Shown here piece by piece: positions 31,917 through 40,826 of a DNA stretch of 64,000 nucleotides. The notes beneath the pieces are model-generated. The model had not been told where the DNA came from, did not search any database, and worked only from the letters and a program-made list of their open reading frames with translations. Source of the stretch: Andalucia godoyi And28 (lineage: Eukaryota > Protista > Jakobida); contig VRVR01000030.1 in NCBI GenBank assembly GCA_009859145.1, positions 190,612-254,611 on the forward strand, given 5' to 3'. Numbering within the stretch: the stretch's first letter is position 1; each line of letters starts with the position of its first letter. The position numbers and the translations under genes are program-made.

Positions 31917-32212
31917 ATTAACGTTTCACCTACATTGTTGTACACTGAGTATGCCTGGCCCATCGGTAGTCATGCGTAATTAATTGTTGCAACCCGGGCC
32001 ATGTCCGCATGGGACGGAAGGGGGGGTAGGCCCCAACACGCCTACTCCTCACGCAGCCATTTTGCAAGCTTGCGATGCATTTCCGTCGTCAGGCTGCGGT
32101 GGAAAATGTCATACGTCTTGCAAAGCGTGGCAGAGAGTCACGTGCACTGGCACCGCGTGGAAAAAAGAAAAAGACACAAAAAACAAAGGAGGTTGCTGCT
32201 TTAAAGAGTGTC
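31917..32212 (-). mobile_element. Non-autonomous Fanzor derivative, copy 3 (296 bp)
   Basis: Retains RSLTTEMHRKLAKWL (near-identical to copy 1 at the DNA level) joined to the GTGTTGGGGCC...CAGTGT...AATGTAGG tail. Both end motifs are shared with copy 4. Confidence 0.82.
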
Positions 32213-32440
32213 CCAAAAACCAGTGTCTGAACAGTTTGGCTAAACGAACAAATCTGGATTCTCATTTTCGTTTGCTTGTTGTTGTTTGCGTACGTTCATG
32301 CATGTCGCTTGTTGTCGTCTTTGTGAGTATTGGTTCAATACAATAGCCTCGCAAACTTTGACAGAAGGAGCATTCAGGGATTTTTCAAAATGTAAAATTA
32401 AACAAAAAGAGGCAAACATTGTTTTTCTTAAGTTAATTAT

Positions 32441-33754
32441 TTACTTCTCTGACTTGATGTCGTTCGGTTGGACTCTGTACAGAGACACCTTGGCCTGTCG
32501 AGAAGTGTAATTTGGGTCATTACCTTTTGACCAATCATAGCATTCAGCACATGCAAGTATCAACCCGTCTCCAGAGAAGTTGGCACTCGTCATGGCCGAA
32601 GGGCGAGCCGGCAAGTGCTTCAGGCGCAGTTGTTGCACAGGGTCCCAGAAATTGACCACGCCATCGCCGCCAACAGTTGCCAGGGCACCTGCAGGATGCA
32701 CTGCCACGTCATTTACCGGATACACATCTTGTGCGACGACCATATCTTTCTTTTGTTCAGGCAATCGATGGCATTTGAATGCAAAATTCTTGGCTGTCGG
32801 TAAGGATTTGTCCACATAACTGACGCAGCACCTTCCTTCTATAGAGCCAACAACAACACTTCGTCCGTTCTGGAAAGCGGCAAGACAGCGCAGTTGATAG
32901 CGCAAGAGGTTGTCCAGTACTGAATGCACCCTGTCCTGCGCATTCAAGTCAACCGCAAAGATATTCTTTGGCAGATCCCGTGCCGAACCGACCGCACTTC
33001 CGGGCCCACTCATTGGTGTCGCAGTTGCAGCTGCGAGCAATCCGCTGCACGTGTCCATTGCATAAACTCGTTCTGGGAATGAAACTCGGGAAACGGGGCC
33101 ATTTGAAGACGCTCTGACGTCCCAGTAGCACACGGATCTGTCCCATGACGCCGATGCGAAGAAGTTTGGGGCATGGGGAGGCACCTTACATACCTGCCGG
33201 ACGGGGGCCGAATGCCCAAATTGTTCATTTTGAGGAGCGCCAAGAACAGTGGATTGCATTGTGTTCAAATCCATCATGCGCACCCTCCCGTCCGCACAAG
33301 CAAGCATGACATGAGTTCCAGTGTCCATCCAGCAGCTGCCGAGAATGGGGCACGGAATGCTGGGGGAGTTTGTTCCACTCGAGGGATTTCCAACGCTGGA
33401 GACAGCACCGCCAAAGGCAGATGGCATGCCTCCACCCGGAGCAGAAGTGTTTGCAGACGAGGAAGACGACGAGGACTGAATGCTTGCTTGAGAGAGAGGT
33501 TCAACGATGAATTGTGGCTGACCCGGTGGAGAGTTCATCTCGGGGTTTCTGGTTACACGGTACAGAGAGACTGTTCCTGCCCAGGATGTCACTGCTAGAA
33601 GATGCGCAAGCGTGCCTGGAGGGGCGTTGGGAGATCCTGTTGGAGAAGGAACAGGACAGAACCGAACGCTGGAGATCGTGTCGCTCGTGGACTGATTGAT
33701 TTCGAAAAACAAATCGCGAGCATCACGAGCGGGCGGGTTGGACATGCGGTTCAT
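32441..33754 (-). CDS. RAE1: mRNA export factor RAE1/Gle2 (WD40)
   Basis: WD repeats, VVGSIEGRC, NFAFKCHR, VYPVNDVAVHP, ATVGGDGVVNFWD, YDWSKG. Confidence 0.9.
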   Translation of the reverse strand: MNRMSNPPARDARDLFFEINQSTSDTISSVRFCPVPSPTGSPNAPPGTLAHLLAVTSWAGTVSLYRVTRNPEMNSPPGQPQFIVEPLSQASIQSSSSSSSANTSAPGGGMPSAFGGAVSSVGNPSSGTNSPSIPCPILGSCWMDTGTHVMLACADGRVRMMDLNTMQSTVLGAPQNEQFGHSAPVRQVCKVPPHAPNFFASASWDRSVCYWDVRASSNGPVSRVSFPERVYAMDTCSGLLAAATATPMSGPGSAVGSARDLPKNIFAVDLNAQDRVHSVLDNLLRYQLRCLAAFQNGRSVVVGSIEGRCCVSYVDKSLPTAKNFAFKCHRLPEQKKDMVVAQDVYPVNDVAVHPAGALATVGGDGVVNFWDPVQQLRLKHLPARPSAMTSANFSGDGLILACAECYDWSKGNDPNYTSRQAKVSLYRVQPNDIKSEK

Positions 33755-34095
33755 TGGTCTTTAGAGGTCTGACTGTTTTCCCGAATACTCCTCCTTTCTC
33801 TGTTTCTGCTTCGTGACTGCCTGCGTTGGTGAGAAATGTGAACACAAAAAGAAAGTGTGGGAAAGCAAACAACACTGTACAAGGTGAAGAAAACAACAAA
33901 AAAACAAAAACAAAACCAAAAGCACTCGGGACCTTTTTTATGATATTTGTCTGTTGCGCGATGCAACCACGCTAGGGTGAGTCCATGAGCGTACAGCGGG
34001 AAGCCTTTTGGGAATTGAGAATTTTGGGATGATGAACCATGACGAGAGAAGAACACAAGCAGCAGCCTGCGGGTAAAGGGTCGGATGTCGTTTCC

Positions 34096-35064
34096 CTACC
34101 AATTCGCGCGACGTGTCCTCTCGATCCTGCTGCGCACTCTTGTTTTGCATGATGCATCTGCAGCTTCGTCATCGTACTTAGAAAGCGGAACGACCGTTTT
34201 GTGCTTGTGTATGACGTTCAGCAGATGAATCACCTGCTCAAACTCCAAATCCTCCGCGCGACCGTCGAATTTGATGCCCACTTGCAGGGACATTGCATCA
34301 TCCAATACGGGAGCTGGAATCACATTGCGTAAAATCTTGCGTTTTCCAGAACCGAACAGTGCTTCCACAGCCTTTTCGCGATCCCCGAACCCGCCAGCTT
34401 GTGGAAGAAACACGGCTTCTGGACGCGGCTCCAACACAATGACTGCGGAACGAACTTTCGGCGGTGGAGAGAACGCTTCAGGAGGAACATCGAGAACCAG
34501 ACTGATGTTCTGCATGTGCAAATGCATCATTGCCGCAATTCTTGTCCATTTCCTGGAGAACCTTCCGACTCGCGCAATGCGTTCAGCGACTTCATACTGC
34601 AACATAAACACTGCAGAGTGTTGAAACGGCTGGAACTGGCACATTGAGAGCATGATTGGGACACTCACATTATACGGCAAATTGCCTAGCACGTGAGAAA
34701 AATGGTGTTTTTGACGAAGTAGCAATGAGTCCAGGGCGTCTTCATGCCGCACACGAACGTCCACCTCACCTCCTTCGCAATGTGAGCTGGCAAGCGTCTT
34801 CAGAGACGACAGGAAAGGGATGAATCGCGCATCCTTTTCAATCATTACAAATTCCTTTGGAGAACGGGAAAGAATCGCCTGCGAGAGACCTCCAGGACCA
34901 GGGCCAATCTCCAGTACTCGCTCCCCTTGGATGCCAGTCGACCGCACAGAGGATGCAATCGCATCCAGCAGTGACTCGTTGAACAGAAAGTGCTGACCCA
35001 GATGCTTATCCGCACGGATAGATAAGCGATGCAGTACCCGCTCTATAGGAACCCATAAAGGCAT
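34096..35064 (-). CDS. KsgA/RsmA/TFB1M-family rRNA adenine dimethyltransferase, probably mitochondrial
   Basis: LGQHFL, VLEIGPGPGGLS, GNLPYNV, FMLQYEVAERI, AFSPPPKVRSAV. Confidence 0.9.
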   Translation of the reverse strand: MPLWVPIERVLHRLSIRADKHLGQHFLFNESLLDAIASSVRSTGIQGERVLEIGPGPGGLSQAILSRSPKEFVMIEKDARFIPFLSSLKTLASSHCEGGEVDVRVRHEDALDSLLLRQKHHFSHVLGNLPYNVSVPIMLSMCQFQPFQHSAVFMLQYEVAERIARVGRFSRKWTRIAAMMHLHMQNISLVLDVPPEAFSPPPKVRSAVIVLEPRPEAVFLPQAGGFGDREKAVEALFGSGKRKILRNVIPAPVLDDAMSLQVGIKFDGRAEDLEFEQVIHLLNVIHKHKTVVPLSKYDDEAADASCKTRVRSRIERTRRANW

Positions 35065-35515
35065 GTCATCCGATGCATGGAGTCTCAATTGTTCACAACC
35101 TAAATCAACAACAGCGCAAGCAGACAGAAGAAAGTAAACTGATGTCGCTCAAGATTCGAGATTCGACAAAGCAGCAGTCCGCTACGATTGCTTCAGAACG
35201 GACACGGAAAAAAGGGAAGCTTCATTGTTACTTGCAGTCTACAACGCACCCGGTCACCAACCACGCGATATTACGAGAATCTCGGCGGGAACGAAGGGGC
35301 TTTTGCTTCTGCGGAGATGTCTGTGTGCGTATGTTATTGAATAAAACGACATTCGAACGCGGCGAATGGAAGGAGAAATGAACGGAAAACGCTTTACGAA
35401 AAAGAGAGCAGCCTTCTTGGTTATTTTAGAATTTAAAAAAAAAAAAACAAGAAAAAATAATGAAAAATAAGAAAAAATAAGAAAAGTTTCACCCCATGAC
35501 CGAGAAACGGCAGGA

Positions 35516-37126
35516 CTAAAGCATGTAATCAAAGCTCATAAAGTTGGAGTAATCTCCACGAACGACGGACGTAAGAAGCGAGTGATTCTGCGGTGTTTCC
35601 TTGACAGCGACGGCCGCGCGGATCGAGAACGTGCGAAGAGCATCGTAGATGGAAAGGGTTGCTGCAGCGGAGTCTTTTCGAGCGGTGAACGGAAACGAGT
35701 CCGGTCCACGCTGGCACTGGGAGTTGATGTTGATACGGCACACAAGATGCGCAAGATTATCCACAGCAATTCCGATGTTGTGGGGGTCCGTGCTGAAGAC
35801 AGACGCCTGCTGTCCGTACGGAGACGCTTCAAGGTCGGAAAGAACTTGGTCAAAATGGGAGAATCTGGCAACTGGCAAGACAGGCCCAAACTGCTCGACA
35901 CGGAAGACCTCCATTGAGGAGTCAACCGGAAACAGCACGGTTGGTGCGAAGAACGTGCGATCGCCCTTTCCGCCACGAGACGCATTGGCAATCTTTGCAC
36001 CTTTGGAGACTGCATCGTGGACAAGTCCAGAGAGAAACTCCACCTTTCCCTCCTCGGGAAGAGGGGTAATGCCAACACCAGCATCCCAGGGCAATCCCAT
36101 CTTGAGCGCATCAACAGCTGCAGAAAGCTTGCCTACAAACTGTTCTGCAATGTCTTCGTGTACGTAAATGACCTTGATCGCAGTGCACCGCATCCCCGAG
36201 AAGCTAAACGCTCCAGACACGCACTCACGCACAGCAGTTGGAATATCTGCATCTGCAAAAACGATAGCCGGGTTCTTTGCCTCCAAACCCAAGCACAAAC
36301 GAAGACGGTTGGGTCTTGGATGCTGTTTCAGCAGCGACTGCGCCGCAGGGGAGGAGCCGATGAGAGCCAGCACATCAACCAGTCCAGACTGCATGATCGG
36401 CGGCATGAGAGCACGGCCAGATCCAAACAGTACATTCACAACTCCAGCAGGAAATGCCTTCTGAATAGTTTCCATCAGCAGTGAATTGGCAAGAGCACCT
36501 GGACGCGGCATCTTCACAACGCACGTGTTTCCCATGAGAATGGCTGGAATCCATAAGGTCACGCCTTCGTTAATGCAGTAGTTAAACGGCGGAAGCACAA
36601 GGCACACCCCAAGCGGCATTCTTCGAATTTTCGCGACAAACCCAGAGTCCGACTGCAACGCTGATTCACGATTCACAAGACTCTTGTACTCTGCAATCGT
36701 CAGTTTGATGTACTCGATGGTTCTGTCAATCTCTTTTTCTGCATCTGTCTTGCCCTTTGACACCTCCCACATCAGCATGTCAACAAGACGGGGCTTGACG
36801 GCAGTCATTCCAGCGACAAACGCCTCGATGCAAGCGATTCGAGCCGCGGGGGTCATTCCCGGCCATGTACCACGGCCATTGGCGTAGGCTTGTTGCGCCG
36901 ACTGCGTAGCGGCGATGGCTTCCGTTGCAGTAAGAAGCGGAAATGAGCCGATGCAGATCTTCTCCAATTCAGAAGCTCCCTGGAAACGAGTAGGAGAGTA
37001 AACCTGCTCTGCAGGACCTTCCCACGGAGTCAACTGTCCATTCACAAGAAAGTGGCGGACGTGCTCACTTGGAACAGGCACTGATGCACTGCGAGACAGG
37101 TACAGTTCTTCAAAAGGAAGAGACAT
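35516..37126 (-). CDS. gapN: Non-phosphorylating NADP-dependent glyceraldehyde-3-phosphate dehydrogenase-like aldehyde dehydrogenase (bacterial-type GapN)
   Basis: PPFNYCINE, VVKMPRPG, LGLEAKNPAIV, FSFSGMRCTA (catalytic Cys), EQFGPV, ININSQCQRGPDSFPF. Start at the ATG at 37126. Confidence 0.85.
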   Translation of the reverse strand: MSLPFEELYLSRSASVPVPSEHVRHFLVNGQLTPWEGPAEQVYSPTRFQGASELEKICIGSFPLLTATEAIAATQSAQQAYANGRGTWPGMTPAARIACIEAFVAGMTAVKPRLVDMLMWEVSKGKTDAEKEIDRTIEYIKLTIAEYKSLVNRESALQSDSGFVAKIRRMPLGVCLVLPPFNYCINEGVTLWIPAILMGNTCVVKMPRPGALANSLLMETIQKAFPAGVVNVLFGSGRALMPPIMQSGLVDVLALIGSSPAAQSLLKQHPRPNRLRLCLGLEAKNPAIVFADADIPTAVRECVSGAFSFSGMRCTAIKVIYVHEDIAEQFVGKLSAAVDALKMGLPWDAGVGITPLPEEGKVEFLSGLVHDAVSKGAKIANASRGGKGDRTFFAPTVLFPVDSSMEVFRVEQFGPVLPVARFSHFDQVLSDLEASPYGQQASVFSTDPHNIGIAVDNLAHLVCRININSQCQRGPDSFPFTARKDSAAATLSIYDALRTFSIRAAVAVKETPQNHSLLTSVVRGDYSNFMSFDYML

Positions 37127-37841
37127 TCGGAATCCACAAGAAAGAGTCGTATCGCGCCAAAAAACAAAACAAAAACAAAAACAAAAAACAAAACACAAAA
37201 CACAAAACACAAACAAACAATGTAACATCAACAAGAATCGCGAACAGACCGCTGCCACTTGCTGCGATATGATGAAGCAATCCAAAGCGCACGTAAAAAA
37301 CAGAACCACTGCCACTCGCCTATGCGCATGCGTTTGCTATCTTAACAGCTCTGTCACACGATGCCCCGATTCGTTTCGCTCCATTTTGATCATGAAATCC
37401 CTATAAACACGCCGCCGCGTTGCATTATGCATGTTGTTGGGTTGCAGCATTGATTCTGGTCGATCAACGATGATTATCCGTGGTTAGTGCACAATGTCGG
37501 CGGTAATCGGAAATACCACGAAAAGCGAAGGAAGAATAGCAGTGAATGCCGAAAATCTCCAGTTCCCAGCAGGCAAGAAGCTCAACTTCAACTTTTGGAA
37601 GAATGCCTCCCCAGCTTTCGTGGACGTACGAACGGGGCTGGGCTTTTCAGCAAGTGTTCACCAAGCACAAGACAACAACACGTGTGAAGGGGAGAAAGTT
37701 GCGTCTAGATTCCAGCATTGAGCGTGTTCGTTGAAGGATACGGCAACACATGGGCTAGGACTAGCAGGCTGCATATGTGACGTATTTTCATCAGTGTTTT
37801 TTGTTGCGTGTTTTTTTAATTACCGAGGTCAAGCAAAATCG

Positions 37842-39479
37842 TCAAAAGAAAACAATGTTTTTGTTTTCCTGCTCATCGCGAATGTGAGCTCGATGGCTCT
37901 GCACACTGATCTTCGATTTTGCAGGACTCTTCTTCTTGCGGGACATTTTGGCGTAGTTGTGCAACTTGCATTGATTAATGCAAACACCGGCGAGCCAACT
38001 ATTAATCGGGCAGAAATGGTGGGTGACATCAAAGTACGATTTGCTTTCAAAAACATAGGAATCATGGACTTGGACCACCCCTGTTTGGTATCTTGCGCCA
38101 AGAGTCCGCCCGTTGCCGAGGTACACTTCAACATGCACCATGTTATGGGGATGGTTCTTGGCCTTCTTCTCGGGATAGTATGTGCCAGAATAAAAGATCA
38201 AGTCTCCAGGAACAAGCTCGTGAACAGAAGAGACTCTCTGATGACACAATGTGTCGTATTGATATGACTGATTATAAGAACCGAGGCGGAAGCCAAAGTC
38301 TTCCTGCAGGTCCCACAGTACCCTACGAATCAGACCGCAACAGTCGAGAAACAAAGGACACCAGTAGTACGGACTGGATTGGTCGTTGTGGTATCGTTTG
38401 TGATACGGCACACCAACGTATCCAAGTAACCTGTGCAAATACCGTTGCCGAAGAAGGCTCATGCGCACAGCGTCTCCCATCAAAGAGTACCGGACTCTTG
38501 CCCAGCGCCTTTCAAGCTCGCGCACGGACAGCTTGAGTCCAACGGACTGCAGAAACTCAGGACTTTGAACCACCATTTCATGTTGCGGCGACGGGGGAAT
38601 CATTCGTTTGAGAATATGAACTTGACAGACTCCATTGATAAGCAGCGGACCGTACTCGGCACGCAACTTCTGTTTTGGTGCTGCCTGTTTTTGCAATGCC
38701 GATGCATTCGATGGAGTGGATGAGCTGCGCTTTCCCTTCTTTCTCGCTGTCTGCATCGGGAGGACCGCGGCGTCCAATACGTACGGATCTCGCTGCTTCA
38801 TCAGGAGTCCCCTGTCCACTTGCGGCTTAGAGACCCTTGCCTCTTTCGGCACCTCTGCAAAATCTTGTCGTGCACTGGCAACCTGGTTCCTGTTCTCGGC
38901 TGCCTTTCCTCGTCGTGATGCCTCCATCGTCGGGCGAACTATTGAAGCAGACTGGCATCTCTTTTCCCTATTGCTGCTATTCTGCATTCTAGAAGGTATC
39001 TCGATACAGCCAAACACGTCAGCATCATCATTTTCACCGTCATTCTCAGCATCATCGCCATCATCGCCATCGCCATCTTCTTCGTCCTCATTTGTCCTAA
39101 ACTCTTCTTCAAAGCTTGCGCTCCGGTCTGTTACTTCGAGAATCACCTTTGGAAATTCTGCGACTTCTTCAAGAACCGGTCGTGCACTGCTGTGACCGAT
39201 CGACTGTGCACGCATGTTGTCTGCATCATCAACGGAGCGAATTCGGAACAAAGGAACATGAACACTTTTCGGCTTTTCAGACAACGGGCCAGCCGATCGA
39301 TTGCGCTCACGTTCCTGCAGCGGGGCTCTCGACAAGTGAACAGCTTCCGCCACCACCCCCGTTCCCTCACTCACTTCTCGACTGCTTCCCGCAGACGAAA
39401 GCGAGAATGTGTCATTGTGCACCACAAAAACATCCCGTCGGGACGAGGCCAAGCTCATCTTCAGCACTCCACTGTTCAT
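37842..39479 (-). CDS. Low-complexity N-terminus plus C-terminal NlpC/P60-like (papain-fold) domain
   Basis: LFLDCCGLIRR (Cys), ELVPGDLIFY and HVEVYLGNG (His) occur in NlpC/P60 order. Confidence 0.72.
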   Translation of the reverse strand: MNSGVLKMSLASSRRDVFVVHNDTFSLSSAGSSREVSEGTGVVAEAVHLSRAPLQERERNRSAGPLSEKPKSVHVPLFRIRSVDDADNMRAQSIGHSSARPVLEEVAEFPKVILEVTDRSASFEEEFRTNEDEEDGDGDDGDDAENDGENDDADVFGCIEIPSRMQNSSNREKRCQSASIVRPTMEASRRGKAAENRNQVASARQDFAEVPKEARVSKPQVDRGLLMKQRDPYVLDAAVLPMQTARKKGKRSSSTPSNASALQKQAAPKQKLRAEYGPLLINGVCQVHILKRMIPPSPQHEMVVQSPEFLQSVGLKLSVRELERRWARVRYSLMGDAVRMSLLRQRYLHRLLGYVGVPYHKRYHNDQSSPYYWCPLFLDCCGLIRRVLWDLQEDFGFRLGSYNQSYQYDTLCHQRVSSVHELVPGDLIFYSGTYYPEKKAKNHPHNMVHVEVYLGNGRTLGARYQTGVVQVHDSYVFESKSYFDVTHHFCPINSWLAGVCINQCKLHNYAKMSRKKKSPAKSKISVQSHRAHIRDEQENKNIVFF

Positions 39480-39705
39480 CCCGTAAGCAAAACAAAACAA
39501 AACAAAACAAAAAACAAAAAACAAAAAACAAAAAACAAAAAACAAAAGCAGACGGTAAGACAACAGAAAAAATGAAAAAGGAGCAATAAAGGCAGAGATT
39601 ATGTGTGCCGTTTATTGTGGACTGCGGAAGCCTGATTTGCCGATTCTCAGATTGCACAGCGAATCGTCAAAAAACCATAAATCAAAAAACAAAAACAGAC
39701 GAAGC

Positions 39706-40127
39706 ATTAACGTTTCATTTGGGGCCGTTGCCTACATTAAACACTGAACATGCATATCTACGAATAGACATGCATATTCAGTCTTGCATCCCGTTGCCGG
39801 GAAGGGGAGAGGCCCCAACACGCTTCACGGCGCTCTTCAGATAAATGTTCCGCGCTCCGTTCTCAATCTCGATCAATCTGCGAGCCACTTTTCTCAGCGT
39901 GACACGTTGTTCCTGAGAAGGGTGCATTTTGATTCCGACGGCCCTAGCAGCAGGCGTAGTGACACGTGGTCTCTTAGTAGGTCTGCGGGACCTAGGAGGC
40001 CCTGTATCGAGCGGCGTAGGCGTAGGCGAATGCGTCATCCCAGCGCACTCACGCCCATATTTGAATAAAAGAGTGAAACCAACGAATGATAGAATAGATG
40101 GCTACGGATGCTGCCTTAAAGAGTGTC
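39706..40127 (-). mobile_element. Non-autonomous Fanzor derivative, copy 4 (422 bp)
   Basis: N-terminal RAVGIKMHPSQEQRVTLRK (OrfB_IS605 HTH-like) is fused across a deletion to IDRD-NGARNIYLK, then an omegaRNA-like tail. End motifs are shared with copy 3. Confidence 0.88.
39711..39822 (-). ncRNA. Candidate Fanzor omegaRNA scaffold (copy 4, best preserved)
   Basis: Minus strand: 8-bp closing stem UUGGGGCC/GGCCCCAA (39811-39818 with 39719-39726), GCAA hairpin at 39789-39802, and a 17-bp UUCG hairpin with two G-U pairs at 39744-39781. Confidence 0.68.
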
Positions 40128-40826
40128 GAAAATGCGGAGCCTGTGTCACCGGCTGAATTTTGGCCGAGCGTGTGTAAGCACGAATTCCCTGTGAAACAAA
40201 CGTGCTAGTGTCGGCCAGTATTGACCGTGTCTGTTTACGGATACTTCCGTAAACACATGATGACAATGACGTGTTATTATTCCGTAGTGTCGACTTGTGT
40301 CGAAAGTCCAAAAAACACAGCAGCAGAAGCAAAAAGTCGCAAAAAGTACAGCACTGGGAATTCCCGAGTGGTCACCCACCTCAGTACTACTCCAGCCTGA
40401 GAGCACTTGACTTCGCAAATCGGACGGGATGCGGTATTTTCACTCTAGTATGGCCGTACCTGGGAGTGTTCCTTCTATTTTCCATAAAGCATCTAGACTA
40501 ACATCTCACTGCCCTGCAGCCCCCGACTCCGCACAGCCATCATCGAGGCACGGCAACCTGCCGAAGCATTACGACTCTTTTTGTTTTTGTTTTGACTGCT
40601 GTTTCTTGATCAGTGCATTCCGTTCATCATCACCATCGCCTCAACGCACCGCACACATCGGTCGTTTGTGATCAGTAGGCTCTCCATCACCAATTTATAA
40701 GCAACTTACACACGTGTATCCACACACACGCATACAGAGATTTTTATTTCCTTTTTCTAATTGTTTAATTGGCGATTTTCCCGCAGCAAACGAGCTTCTT
40801 CTGGTTTTTTAAACTGTAATTTCTGA

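Noticed and set aside
31917-32212. TTAA at both ends as a piggyBac-type insertion
   Set aside because: There are no terminal inverted repeats, and shared sequence extends beyond the left TTAA in both copies, so TTAA is not demonstrably a TSD.
37487-37734. Short protein-like ORFs between gapN and the NlpC/P60-like gene
   Set aside because: At most 75 aa, no homology evident to me; cannot be supported without expression data.
40256-40400. ATGATGA...CTGA as a box C/D snoRNA
   Set aside because: No terminal stem and no recognisable rRNA-complementary guide.
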